A stretch of 64,000 nucleotides of DNA from Azolla caroliniana (Eukaryota > Plantae > Polypodiophyta). A program made the translations under genes and the position numbers. This document shows, one piece after another, positions 1 through 13,738 of the stretch (position 1 is its first letter; the number at the start of each line of letters is the position of its first letter). The notes under the pieces are model-generated. The model worked only from the letters and a program-made list of their open reading frames with translations. It ran no database searches and was not told where the DNA came from. Location: the NCBI GenBank assembly GCA_043228905.1, contig JBHGNT010000011.1, positions 19,282,001 through 19,346,000 of the forward strand, written 5' to 3'.

Positions 1-467
1 TTCTTCTTCTTCTATGGTTTAATGCATGATTCAATGTTACTATACTATACCACCACCATGAGATTGTTCATGATACAAGATTGTTGTTGTTGTGATATGC
101 AAGACATGGAGGTTGGGCATCATAGACGTTGTTGTCCCAACCGTCATGACCATTTCTATATAATTTATGTATATATATACATACGCACACACACATTATA
201 TACATATATTATTATATATATATACAAGAGAATGTATCTTGCCAACACCTCTCCACTCATTGCCTATCTAATATTATCTGTCTTATCTATCTAAACTTAT
301 CTATATAATACTAATATCTATATATATCTATGTACACACACCTCTTACTTACTTCACAAGGTTTTCCTCTTCTCACATCACACTTTACTACTACTATTAC
401 ACTAACACGTCTTATGCCTCTTTGCTTGTGTTAATATCCGCATGTCCCCATTGTATTGTCTCTATAC

Positions 468-501
<34 letters not shown>

Positions 502-574
502 GCATGCGTATGTGCATGTATATTATATTGTAGGATTATATCTAGATCATAAATATATGTAGACTATATTGCTC

Positions 575-726
575 AACAAACACATGTATCTTAAGCTTCA
601 TTGACATCTTGATCATGTAACTACATGTTCAATGGCAAAGAAATTGGTCATATTCCACTTAACAAACACGTGTATCTTAACCTTCATTGACACCTTAATC
701 ATGTAACGACATGTTCAATGGCAAAG
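575..726. repeat. Direct repeat, two 66-bp copies
   Basis: 575-640 and 661-726 (AACAAACAC.TGTATCTTAA.CTTCATTGACA.CTT.ATCATGTAAC.ACATGTTCAATGGCAAAG). Confidence 0.9.
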
Positions 727-1796
727 TTCTAGGTGGTCGTAAATCTAAATACTCGTAGTTATTGAACACTCATTTTACCAAGCCATCATATGTGGTTGTA
801 TCCTATTGAGTCGAATGTTTGAGATGATGACCTTGCCATGGCACACACGGAGTGGGAAGAGAATGATGAGAGTTTCGAAAGATGACAAGAATTTTATCGT
901 GACATTAGCGCTATTTTTCCCATGTAAAATATATTAAGGGACAAATTTGACATGTTTTTTATCCCTTGGGTTGAAGGGTAATGTTGGCTGTACCCTTTGT
1001 ATTTCTAGAAATATCACCATGTACACTCGATCAACTTAGCATGAATGTGCTTGAAAATCACGTTTTTACAATATCATTCATTAGAAGGGGATGCACGAAT
1101 CACTATCTCTAGCATTATATTGTGATTGATGCAAAGTAAAGTAATTATAGTGATGGCTACGGTTAGTTCTAACAAAATAATATCATAATTAGTACTAATG
1201 ATAGTAAATTCATGCAAATTACAATGATTAAGCGTGCGTGTGGTAGTTGGGTGATTAGGTTTATTATTAGAGTTGCCAGTACTACACTAGCATATTGCCA
1301 ATTATCAAAATTGATGGCCTCACTAATTATGACTAGAATTAGTATCAAGTACAATACCAATGACCTAGCTAACTAGAACACTAAATGTCATAGTAATCAC
1401 GAATCACAATGTTATTATTGAGAAATATATTATTCTTTTGTACGTGGGGGGCTATATGTACCTACCTTTTTATAGGGCCTGAGGCTTCCAGAAGTTGATA
1501 TTAAATAAAAAAAGGATATGGCTAAGCCGTGGGATATGAGAGTGCCTGTACAAAATTGCTCGGGATGTGAGATCTGTATGCACACGTAGACTCAAAGGTG
1601 AGACACGTAACACAGAGACGTGCAAACCTAGTTTTGTCCCTTGAAAGTCATGTACTTAGTTATTTGAATACCCATGCTTGCCCCCCACCCAATTGCCTTT
1701 CATTCATTAGCTGACATTGTGTGTCTCGAGCAAATGATACGTTGCCCATTATAGCTCAAAAAAACGTGGATGGAGGTGCTCTCTCTCTCTCTCACA

Positions 1797-2137
1797 CACA
1801 CATACACACACATATTTAGGTGCTCAGAAAGACAGATGACAAAGGGCATCTACGGGAAATTAAGTAAAACATAGGGGTTACATATGTATTATACGTATAT
1901 ATGTATGTGTATATTTCCGAAATACCCCTATGTTTTACACATACACACACATATTTAGGTGCTCAAAAAGAGAGATGCAGGAAATTAAGTAAAACATAGG
2001 GGTTACATATGTATGTGTATATTGCCGAAATACCCCTATGTTTTACACATACACACACATATTAGGGTGCTGCTCAAAAAGAGAGATGGCAAAGGGCATC
2101 ACAGGGAAATTAAGTAAAACATAGGGGTATTTCGGAA

Positions 2138-2168
<31 letters not shown>

Positions 2169-2200
2169 TGTATGTATGTGTACGTACATATGTATGTACA
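1797..2200. repeat. Tandem array of about 110-140-bp units, each with an internal inverted repeat
   Basis: GTAAAACATAGGGG occurs at about 1864, 1989 and 2114, and its reverse complement CCCCTATGTTTTAC at about 1924 and 2032. The array is followed by (TATG)n. Confidence 0.9.
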
Positions 2201-3480
2201 TACGTATATTTCTGGTCCTTTCTTCTCTGTAAAGGATACTAATAACAGGGTCTCTCTCTCTCTCTCGTATTTTGGTTGGCTTGTTTTTTCCCCCAGAAAT
2301 TTCTACATCCAGGTAGGCGATCAAAACTATCCTTTCGTTTAATTCCTTTCCTGTTCCGACTACTTTTCTCTGAATCAAGTGAGTTTTGTTTCCCCTGTAT
2401 GATTTGCAGAAGCTCCGTCAAAAAATTAGGGTTTTATTTCTGGTTCTTTTTTCTTTTGTAGGTCCTTTTAAACAGTACTATATATATTATCTGGATCACG
2501 TGTTTATTTTATTTCCATGTTCTCTCTTTTTGATTGAGCAATATTCCGCAGAAGTTAGGGATTTACTTCTAGTTATTTTCGTATAATCTGTGTATTTAAG
2601 TTTTAGGTAGAGAGAGACAGATTCTTTGATATGAATCTCAACACCAGGGAATTCTCAAAATCGATCTTTGTATAATAATGCTAATGCATAGTAGACTTTG
2701 TAGAAATCACCAGGATTGATATGGGATAATCGATTAATAAAATCATCAAAGACTAGATAAAACTACGTGTTTTAATTGGTACTCCAACAGGGGAGGGGTA
2801 TTAAGAAGGTTGAAATAAGTTTTGGAAAAGAGGGGCACGATTAGAGGTTTGATAGTGTATGATTGGGATCCCCATTGAATCTTGATCATAGATACGTGTT
2901 GTGAACATGAAGGATAGAAAACTTGATGGATGAGAGAGATTTAGATGACATATTATTTTTTCTTATGGATGAATATGGAGACAGATGGATAGGTGGATGG
3001 GTGAGATGATGAATACAGGGGGTCATGGATGAGTAGATGAATGGATCTACATATGCATGAATAGGTGGTTTTAATGATTGGATAAGTAGATGGATGGGTC
3101 GGTGCAGCTTGGATGGATTATTTAAATACATAATGAATGGATGGCAATGAGCTAAGAACAGTGAAGCATTTCTCAGAAACGAAATAGGAAACTTTTACAT
3201 TCTTTTTTGAAATGTGGAACTATGCACTTCCATATTGATGAGTCAATAAACACAGAATATATTGATGAATCATGAGTTTCATGAGCCAAATATCAATTTG
3301 TAATGAATAATATCCAGATTGAGACACTTAAAAACAGAAACTAAAAAAATTTAACATGAAAAGTTTGAATAAGAATAGAGGGTATAGAAATAAGAACTGA
3401 GAGTTGGGTCAGAGAGAGATTTTAATTGATTGATTTGATTGTTGTTCATTATTAGTCTACATCAAATCTCAAACAAGAAG

Positions 3481-4460
3481 ATGAATAGCAGAGCGATAAT
3501 ATGTGTATTCATATTGTTCATGGCCTCTTCCTCGATTGCAAGTGCTGATAGCTCCTGGAGGCTTTGCAGTGAGTGATTTTATATTTTTAAAGACAGTGTC
3601 TTTTTTGGCTTTATGCTTTGTTTGAGAATGGAATTTTAAAAAAATGCCAGCATGATTGAATTAGGCACTGATGAAGAGTACAGAGTAACTGTTAAGGATG
3701 TAAAGGTGAATCCAGATCCAGTTGTTCGAGGAAATGATGCAACTTTCCAAATCCCTGCGATTGCAAGTATGTTTCAATATGCACATTTCCCATGCATTTC
3801 TTTCATTATGTAATCTCATTTCCCATTGCAATAGGATGGTTTCATATGCACTTTTTGTGTTGATTTTCATTCATTGCATATCCTCATTGCAAACATGAAG
3901 ATTTTTCTCATTTGACTTTCTATCAAAGAAATTCCCTTCATGTGTTACTGGGTTTATTTGCACAGATGAGCAAATCAGTGGTGGTACAGTGACTATCCAG
4001 GTTTTCTACTTGGGAGTTCCAGTCCATACAGAGAAAGATGATCTTTGTTCGAAGACGAGCTGCCCTATTTTGCCTGGGGAATTTGCTCTCAATAACAGCC
4101 AAGGACTCCCTGATTTCACACCCACAGTATGGCTCTCTCATTGACCTCCGAGGACAATATTAAAATTTAACTTTCTTGTGTTATATATATATATATATAT
4201 ATATATATTCGGTAGTAATTTGCATACCATGAGAATAAGTTTCCCTGTTTGTGAAAGTTCTGGGAACTTGTGTTAATTCCATAGATATATTCACATGATG
4301 GAGAATCAAATTCCATATTGAATTTTTTTGGGGAATCTTGTGCTTTTAGGGTGCATATCGATTGGATATGAGGATTCAAGATGATGCCGGCGATCTTCTA
4401 ACTTGTGTGAAGATCAACTTCCGGATCAGCTCAGCAACTGTGCGCAGGCAAGTGCAGTAA
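3481..4460 (+). CDS. MD-2-related lipid-recognition (ML) domain protein / putative PG-PI transfer protein (NPC2-like), 4 exons, 153 aa
   Basis: Exons 3481-3568, 3665-3766, 3966-4126 and 4350-4460, all GT-AG and phase-consistent (462 nt). Translation: MNSRAIICVFILFMASSSIASADSSWRLCSTDEEYRVTVKDVKVNPDPVVRGNDATFQI...GGTVTIQVFYLGVPVHTEKDDLCSKTSCPILPGEF...LPDFTPTGAYRLDMRIQDDAGDLLTCVKINF. It has a signal peptide plus the typical plant ML-domain motifs (PDPVVRG, DLC..TSCP, LTC). Confidence 0.92.
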
Positions 4461-6539
4461 ACGGAACACAAGTGTTCCATGGTTTCTAATGATTTACAGA
4501 ACAGCTATACAAATATTACTTGTTTTAGAAAGAATAGGTATCAGATCAAATTTCCACTTCTGTATAAGTTTTTAATGGATTTTTATGTACTTAAAAATGG
4601 TTTTCTCAGGACTTTAAGTGAATGTATATTTTTTATGCTAGTTGTCTCTGAATTTTATTTTGAGGATGGGCATTTTGGGTTCTCCCATTGTATTATTGTC
4701 AATATATCATTATATATGTTCTGCAAAACTGTACCTGACTACCTTTTGTTTTTGTTGTATTATCAGTTTAATCAGTGCAAAATATTGTTCTATTACATTT
4801 TTTTTCACCTTCCTAGTTCAATCTCCTGTTAACATTTCTGTAGTTTTTTTAGAATCCTTCCCCATTTGTTTGTTTGCAAATATGTACTGATTTGTTTGTA
4901 TTTCTTCAGCTATTCATAAAACCTGTGCAGTTTTGAGGTTTTGTTAAATAATGCTGTACTAAAACGTATTCAAAATATGGGTAAAGCAAAATCAAAATTT
5001 ATCCAGGTGCAGAGCATGCTGCATGTTACCTATTTATGTATGCATATTAATGTCCAGCTGAAATTCTGCCATACTTGTTTCAGTCTATTATGGTGAATCG
5101 ATTATAAATTGAATCAGGGATCAAGCTGTCCTCAGGTGTTTTAATTTGGACCACATCCGAGATTTATAAAACGATTCCACCAAATATAAGGGACATTTTG
5201 GGCATATATAATTCAAAATATTCATGTTTGACTAAATCCCAAAAATTGCTCACCAAAGTTCCACATATGTTGCATTGAAACATTTCCATCCTTTTTTTCA
5301 TTTGTAGCACTACATTTTCGTCGTTCTTTAATATTTTGCTTGTTATTCTCTCTGCACATTCAATTGTCACCATCTTAGTATGTTGCATAAAGCCCAAAAA
5401 GCCACCTACAAATTACTAAAAATACAATCCAATCTATTCCATGGTGTGTCTTTCATATAGTTCCATTGAGATTAGGCAATAGGTTCAACTTGAAGAGATT
5501 CAAATTTTAAATGTAGTTTTGTGTAACAAACTACATATTTTCAACTTACATAAGATTGAGTATGAGCTCAAAAGACACATACGTAACAATAATTCAAAGT
5601 TTGAGCATGGCGCACCAAACCCCACATTGTCTTACTTTCCTAATCAATCTTATGGGTGCCCATGAGCTCAAAAAGCAAATAAACACGATGGAGAGAAAGA
5701 GAATGGAATAAAAATGTAGGGACATAGTGGAAGACGAAAAGATGGATAGGGAGCGTACAAGGTAGGGTGTTGTTGGAATAGTAGAAAGAGAACATGGCAT
5801 GTGTTCTCCATGAATATGAAATGAGTTGTGCAAAAGAAATTGCCTATTTATAGGGATAGTGAGTATGTGTAGGACAATGTCCTTGTAGTGGTTATTTCAA
5901 ATAATTAATTTCTCACCACCTACGTGTTTGTACCTGTGAGATTTTATGCAACTTGTTTGCCATGATTTTAATCAATATATATTAGTGCCTAATGTAAACT
6001 CATGCAAATGTTCATAAGTGATGATGATTTTCATAATTGATTGATGATGACTTAAACTTCAAAATGCACATACTTGTAACTCAACTATACACATATACTC
6101 CTAGATAATGACCTATGTATATATTTAATATAACCAATTTGTGGTTTGACATTGGGCTTCATGTAGACTAGGTTGGGTCTTTGGGGTGTTTAGTTAACTT
6201 CATGAGATGTCTAGGCCATGCTACAACCTCATTGTCATCACCAAAGCACACCTTTTTCATGTTTAGGAAGTTTCAACTTGCCCAACTATTAGGTTGAATC
6301 CTCGTGTTGAGCAAGCAAACATAGATACATGTTGGTATTCCTGGTTACACTTGTGTTGAATCTTGAGCACCAAACCACACATTTCCCAACTCCCATAAAC
6401 ATGGTTCCAGAAAAAACATCATGCTTGGTGATCTTGAGGTTAAGTGTCATCACTAAAGCCACATTACTCTAGCACATTTATTGGCTTTTGGTGAACCTCA
6501 AGGTCTTCAAGCATGGTTTACTATACCATGACTTGTTGA

Positions 6540-6760
6540 ACATGCCACATATATTCAAGCTCGCTCTAACCTTCACCATCACAAAATTAAAGAGGTCAAA
6601 CAACCGAAAAAGACATGAAGATGGGAATGGAAGTGTAAGGGAGAGAAAACATTCATTCACTCTACGTACGAGGAACATAAAGTGCTATATAGCAATTCGT
6701 CAAGAGCAATACACTAACATGAGAGCCAAATTGTCCAAGTTTTTGAACAATGTGTGAGAA
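6540..6760 (+). mobile_element. Degenerate LINE ORF2 3' remnant (tentative)
   Basis: ITKLKRSNNRKRHEDGNG...RER loosely resembles the LINE C-terminal R.R.S.H.L.IE.GR motif. Heavily decayed. Confidence 0.3.
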
Positions 6761-7904
6761 CTGTTTGTCACTTTATGGATTAGTGAGGGATTATGGTAGC
6801 TTACAAATAAAGGAAGGGGTTCGTATTTTGAGTTCAAATCTTGTGTGACATCCTTTTAGAACATGTTTGAGCGGTGAAAAAAATTAGATATGATTATCCT
6901 TGACAAAAAAATTACATACGCATTTTCGCTGTATCCAAAGTTGCGAGTAATATTTTGCCTAATCCACCAATAATCACTTAAGCAACAAAGATTTGCTTAA
7001 AAGATTACCTACAAACTTAATAATTTTACTTGATCCATCAAGAATCATTTTAAATGAGAATACCTTGAGCTATCATACTTCAAAGAAGTCGAAGATTTAA
7101 CCGTGTACTTAAATGTAATAAATTACAAGGGCAAACTAGAATTAGCTTAATGAGTAATACATTGTCCTCTCGAACAAGTTAGGGGTTACATTGTGCACAA
7201 CTTCTTCATAGCAACTACCAGCTGACTATTTCGTTGACAAAAAAACCAAGCCTCACATAGGGTAAACACTTGGACCCTCCTATGACCAGTTAGTGTGATA
7301 GTTATTTTTTTCCTACAATAACAGAAATTGTGAATCGGTAACAAATGGTATCCATATAGACTGGGGGTGGAGGTTCTAAACATTGTGCGAGCCATAACGT
7401 ATATAATGTTGAAGTGTACAAGTAGTTCCAGTTCCAATATGCAAGATGGTATGAAGCCACTCAGAAGTCCGAACGAGTCTTTTCCACACTCTCGATAACT
7501 CATTCGCTTTCGCTTGGTTTGTGGATATGCATGGCCGACCAATAAGACTTAAGACTTGGCCATAGTAAAACAAAGGCTAGCCACAGGCTCCTTTTCTTTT
7601 TATGCAGTGTGCCAAGCTGCAGCAAACTTGGCCACAAAAGAAAATGTGTTTTTTGGATAAGAGGGTAAGAAAAGCTTTTGCTTTGTGTGACATGGATGCT
7701 TCTGTGCCAAAGAAAATAAGAAAAAAAAGAAATCCTTATGGTTTATCTGTCAAAAAACAAAAGGAGAAGAAGAAGAAGAAGAAGAAAACAAAAGGCCCCC
7801 CCAAAAAAGATAGACCTTAATCCATTCTTTAGTAAGATGAGGGTTTCTTATATTCCTTTTATTTAGGTCGAAAAGAAAAGAAAAACTTAAAACAGAAAAC
7901 AAGA

Positions 7905-10900
7905 ATGGCTATGGCTATCGCAGCTTTGCGTCGATTGCGCCCTTCTGCTCCGATTGCACCATGGATTGCAGCTCGGCATTCGGTATTTCATTCTTATTCT
8001 TTTCACTATCTTCTCATCGGAAAATCTCTCTTTATTTTCAATTATAATTGATCTTTATTTCTCATGTTTTTCATTTTAAATTTGTTGTCATTTTATACAT
8101 TTCTTATATCCTCATGCCAAGAATTCGTGGTTTCCATTTATGTTAACTCATGAGTATAATTTGGATGAAGATTTCTTAAATGTCCATTCTAAGGTTTCTT
8201 GTTTTTTTTATGTTAATCCATACCTGTGCTTTACATATATTTCTTATGTTTTTATGCTAAGATCTCTTTATTTCCATTTGTGTTAACTCATAACTGTTAT
8301 TTGAATGAAGAGTTCTTAATGTGGCCATTTGAAGGTTTCTTGATTTTCGTTTATGTTAAACCATAACCATGATTTGTAATGCATTTCTGATGTTCATGTG
8401 CTAAAAAATCTCGATTTCCATTTATTTCAACTCATAACTATAGTTTGGAGGGAGATTTCTTATGTTTATCAATCTTGAGATCAGTTGTTTTTCATTTATA
8501 TTAACCCATAACTGTGATTTGAAGTGAGATTGCTTATCTTTTTCATTCTAGATTTTCATCTTTGACAGTTTGATATATGTTGATTCATTACTTTTGTTTG
8601 GAGATTTCCTATATGTTCTCATCTGTTGGTCTCTGGCACATCTTACGTTAAATGAATTCTCATTTCCCTGCTTCTCCATATCCTTTTTTATGCATTTCCT
8701 GATGATAAGTTTTGCTATCTGATGCTTTTCTGGCTTCATGGTGATGGACTTTTCTATCTTTAATGTTAATGATTTCAACCATCCAATACTTTCCTGTTCT
8801 CATGATGATGGATTTTGGTAAAGTTATTGGGTTCTACTTTCTGAGGCTTTCCTGATGATGGCCTTTACTCCCTGAATCTTTCATGAACTCGTGACGATGG
8901 AATTTTCACTTTTTAATGCTATCGGGTTCTACTCTCTAATGTTCTCCTGATAATGACTGCTCCAACTGATTGTACTTCTTACAAGGATGTGTGAGGATTG
9001 ATTGAGAAATGACCAAAGGGTGGAAGCTGCCCTACTTTGATTGTCCTCAACACGTAGGTTAGTCGGTAAGCTCTGAGGGTGGCTTTGTTCACAAAGAGCG
9101 GCCTAGCACTCAGGTAACTGGCCCATAGTTTAACAGGTACTTATTTCGTAATTAATGGCACCAAGGAGATAGATGACATAGTAATCAACAGAGAAAAGGC
9201 TTAATTATATAAGCCGGGGAGAGAGACAAGATCTTGCCTCCATCACTTGACCAGTACTTTCATTCCCTTCAACTCCTATTCGATTACTCAATGAACCTTA
9301 CATTCATACCAATCTGACAATTTCTTTTGAGGTCCTATTTGGCACCTAGCTCTTCTAATCCCAAAATTGTCCTTTTTTTTCCCATTCTTGATATTTAAAT
9401 CATAGCTTTAATAATTTACATAAATTTTCTTTATACAAGTAGTCTGTATATCCGAACTCGTAATGATGGATCTCTCTCTAATGTTTCTCTGCAACGGTTA
9501 TGAGTGTTTACATTCAATCCTGCCATTTTTTCTGTGTCATAGTGTTTGACTAGGTTGATCTTCGTTCCATTTTCATATGCACAAATTGTGGAATTTCATA
9601 AGTAATTAGGTTTGGACCTATTCTTCAATACCATTGACTGGATTCCTCTCTCTAATGATATTGGGTTCTACTCTCTGATGCTTTCCTGATGATGGGTTTT
9701 GGTCTCTGATTCTTTTGAATTTTCTCTCCAATGTTATTGTGTTCTACTCTCTAATTCTTTCCTTAATTTTCTCTAATGCCATTGACTGTATTTCTGTATT
9801 TTTCATCAGTCAGCTGTTGCGAATGAAGCTGCTTATTCCCGCTTTGAAAGCTCCAAGGAAAAATCACATGTTACGGTATTCACTGTGATTCTTTTCTTAG
9901 TTAATTGTTCGATAGAAAGTTTTTTTAAGATGAAACAAAGAGGTGTTGATGACAATTTACCATGATGACGACGACACGTTGATCTCATAGAAAACTCTCA
10001 GAAGAATTCTGATCCTCTGTATAAATTTGTTTTTCTTGAAGTTTGCATATGGTGCATTGCAATCACAATATTATCCTTTCCTTACAATATCCATTCAGGT
10101 TGATCTATTCCTCATTAATGGTTCAATGTGTATCTGATACAGTGGCCGAAACAACTGAATACTCCACTGGAAGAGATTGATCCTGAGATCACAAATATTA
10201 TAGAGCTCGAAAAGAATCGTCAATGGAAGGTATTCATTAGTGGCTCATGTTTCTCTTCTAGGTTTTATACGATGAAATAAAAACAGATATAGTAACTTCT
10301 GTAAAAGTCCATAGTGACAAATGAAAGGGATCTTGATTTATAGTAAAAATCTTATCCTTTGGACATGTGAATTAACAGGGCTTGGAGTTAATTCCCTCCG
10401 AGAATTTCACATCTTTGTCGGTCATGCAAGCAGTTGGATCTGTGATGACTAACAAATACAGTGAAGGGTACCCTGGAGCCCGTTACTATGGAGGGAATGA
10501 GTAAGTCATACTATTTCTAATTTTAGAATAACTCATGTACAAAGTAGAATCCCATGGGAGTTTCTATTGTATGAACCAAACAATAATTTCTAGGATTTCT
10601 ACTAATCTTCCAGGTTCATTGATATGGCTGAAACCTTATGTCAGAAGAGAGCATTGGAGGCCTTTCGGCTTGATCCAGCTAAATGGGGAGGTATGGGATG
10701 AAAATTCTATTTTAGTTTCTTCGGTTGATGATGTTTATTAAGATGCATTATTCTTTTTTCTGTGACAGTCAATGTACAACCTTTGTCGGGTTCGCCAGCA
10801 AATTTCCATGTTTATACTGCATTGCTAAAGGCTCATGACCGAATAATGGCCTTGGACCTCCCTCATGGTGGCCATCTTTCACATGGTTATCAGGTAGGGT

Positions 10901-13738
10901 TCATGATTAAGAAATTGTTGATCTCATCTTATGTTTAGAACTACATATTGCCACTTTGCATTATTTCAAATTATGATCGTGAGGAATTCTTATAATGAAT
11001 GGAACATAAGACTCATTGCACGAGACCTGAATCCACACCTTACAACCTTAGATTGCAACTCACAAGCTGTACCACACACTGACATATTTATATATTTAAA
11101 TTTTTTATGAATGTTAAGATAGGCTTCTGAATCTGTAAGCAGTAGTTGTTGAATAGGGACGTTTATATGATGTGCACAGATAATGCTTGCATATTTTGCT
11201 TCGATCTAATGTCTTGTTAGCCCTATTCCTTTTGCAGACGGATACCAAGAAGATCTCTGCCGTTTCAATTTTCTTTGAGACTATGCCATATAGGTTGGAT
11301 GAGTCAACAGGTTTCATCGACTATGACCAGGTCCTGTGATCTTTATTTAGATCATGGAGATGTGCTCAGATGAAGTGGAAATGTAGAGTAGTTTTGTTAA
11401 AACCATTTTCTTTTATTGTTGCAGATGGAGAAGTCGGCGGCCTTATATAGACCAAAGCTTATTGTGGCTGGTGCCAGTGCCTACTCAAGGCATTATGATT
11501 ATGCTCGGATGAGAAAGGTAGCATTTATTTTCATTGTATGCAATCAAAACGAGAGTAGGTTCGAATGCAATCAAATGAAAAAGAGTGTTTTGGGGAACAG
11601 GTTTGTGATAAGCAAAAAGCTATTTTGCTTGCTGATATGGCACATATAAGTGGATTAGTTGCGGCTGGTGTTGTGCCTAGCCCTTTTGACTATGCTGACG
11701 TTGTCACAACTACCACCCACAAATCTCTTAGGGGTCCCCGTGGGGCCATGATCTTCTATCGAAAAGGGCTGAAAGAAGTGAACAAACAAGGACAAGAGGT
11801 AAACAATTCTTTTTTCTTCTCTTCTCCTTTTTCTCATGGTATCACCGATTTTGTCTTTGTATAAGAAAAGGAACACCAAAATACCCCCAAGTTGTTGGGA
11901 ATTCTACAATTACAAATGGTTATTCGGATACTTTTGAAAACTTAGGGGCTCTATATAATATTTAGCTAGAATTTATTTTGTTGTTTGGCCTTTGTTAATA
12001 TTTTTAGATGGATGATTATGTGTAGATCGTGTATGATTATGAGGACAAAATCAATGCTGCGGTTTTCCCTGGACTTCAAGGAGGTCCTCACAACCACACT
12101 ATTACCGGACTTGCAGTTGCTCTTAAGCAGGTATTGTTGCTGTCTAATTCATGATTTGATTAAGGAAATGAGTCTAGAATCTATAACTAAGGATAGTTGT
12201 TGTACTCTAGTGATTCATGAATTAAAATGAGTGGGTAGGATGCCGATTCACAAAGAAATTGAGTGTGTGATATATAGTCCAATGTGATATATATTAAGTG
12301 TGTGAAAAAAGAGTGTAGAATACATTGTGTAGTGGGAATTGTGATAGACTAGTGATTCACTAAGAAAGATGAGTGTATAGTGTAATCAAGAGTTTAATAT
12401 AAAAAAATGCAATTATTAATAGATTTATTCTCATTTTTTTCTTAGAATGTTCCCATTTTTTCTTGTGACAGGCTGCATCGCCAGAGTTTAAAGCTTATCA
12501 GGAGCAGGTTTTGAGTAATTGCAGTCGTTTTGCCAATGTAATGTGCTTTCCATTGCATTAAATTTGGTGAATTCTTAATTTGTGTTTAGATGTCATAAAT
12601 ACATGTCACACACACACACACACACACGCACGCATATATACATACTGAGGAGTTGATTGTTATCATATACATATCATATAGTGAGGAGTTGATTGTCATT
12701 TGCGGAACCCAAGAGCAGGAGTGAGAATTGATTCCTGACTTAGCCATATTGTCCTGATAGGATCTACCAATGTTGTCTCTTGCTTCCAGGCCTTGAAGAC
12801 TAAAGGCTATGAACTTGTTTCTGGTGGTACAGATAATCATTTGGTTCTCGTGAACTTAAAAAGCAAGGTAATTCTAAAACTCTTTTTTTTGTGAATAATT
12901 CATTGGTGATGATATAAAAATGTTCATCAGTAATGATATAAGAAATATTTATCGCTCAGTGATATGAATATGGATATGGATATGAATCTGAAGATTGGTT
13001 GAAATTTGGGCACACTAGGGCATTGATGGGTCAAGAGTGGAGCGTGTGATGGAGCTATGCCACATTGCAGCCAACAAGAACACAGTTCCTGGAGATGTTT
13101 CTGCCATGGTTCCTGGTGGTATCAGAATGGGTAAAGTTTCATCATTGGTTCATATATTTGCCAGATCATTTAAATATGGGTATATATATAAATATAGGGG
13201 AGCAAATTGTTGTTCATGATCTCAAAGTAAAAAGCTGAAACGCTTTTCTATCTTAATGGGACATCTGAGGCAGTAGTGAGGCCCCTAATTTATGGGAAAT
13301 GGGCACGAGCCACTCAGCCAAATCCTTTTCCATGTGAATGAATATAAAAGTTACACGATTACAGAACTTGTTCTTTTCTGTTTACAGGAACTCCCGCACT
13401 CACATCAAGAGGATTTACTGAAGAAGATTTTGAGAAGGTAGCTGAATTCTTTGACAGTGCGGTTCAACTAGCCTTGAAGATCAAAGGGGCTACCAAAGGT
13501 TTGCCTATTTACTGAAACATTCCCTTGTATCTGAGAACTTATCATTTTATATATCATTTGACCATGTTGTTGTTGTTTTTTTAATATCATGTGTTTAGGT
13601 ACAAAGCTGAAGGATTTCAATGCAACTATTGACAATTTCCAGTCAGAAATTAATGCAGTTCGTCATAATGTAGAAGAATATGCCAAGCAATTCCCTACGA
13701 TTGGATTTGAGAAGGCTTCAATGAAGTACAAGAACTAG
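7905..13738 (+). CDS. SHM1: Serine hydroxymethyltransferase, mitochondrial (SHM1-type), 15 exons
   Basis: Exons 7905-7982, 9810-9875, 10143-10229, 10379-10500, 10614-10690, 10769-10893, 11238-11330, 11425-11517, 11601-11798, 12026-12130, 12472-12537, 12790-12867, 13019-13130, 13388-13498 and 13599-13738. Motifs are [33 protein letters not shown], the PLP-lysine motif [23 protein letters not shown] and NKNTVPGD. The N-terminus [11 protein letters not shown] resembles a mitochondrial presequence. Confidence 0.97.
8110..8560. repeat. Degenerate tandem repeat (about 140 bp, x3) in SHMT intron 1
   Basis: TTTCCATTT.T.TTAACTCAT...TTTG.A.GAAGA.TTCTTA recurs at about 8131, 8271 and 8416. Confidence 0.75.
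8990..9302. mobile_element. Solo-LTR or MITE-like insertion in SHMT intron 1
   Basis: Begins TGTGAGGATTGATTGAGAAAT and ends ATTACTCAATGAACCTTACA, giving TG...CA ends and an imperfect inverted repeat of about 21 bp. It is more GC-rich than the flanking intron repeats that it interrupts. No clean TSD was found. Confidence 0.5.

Noticed and set aside
22-520. Short ORFs and (TA)n/(TG)n tracts
   Set aside because: Microsatellite-derived, low-complexity translations with no protein motif.
1797-2200. CRISPR-like appearance (palindromic repeats with spacers)
   Set aside because: Eukaryotic context, spacers that are themselves repeated, and no cas genes.
2043-3145. Several overlapping ORFs and a degenerate (GGAT)n tract
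   Set aside because: They arise from simple repeats in the probable 5'UTR/intron of the ML gene.
8690-9760. Many TGATGA/CTGA motifs suggesting intronic C/D-box snoRNAs
   Set aside because: The motifs are part of a degenerate tandem repeat; I saw no terminal stems or recognisable rRNA-antisense elements.
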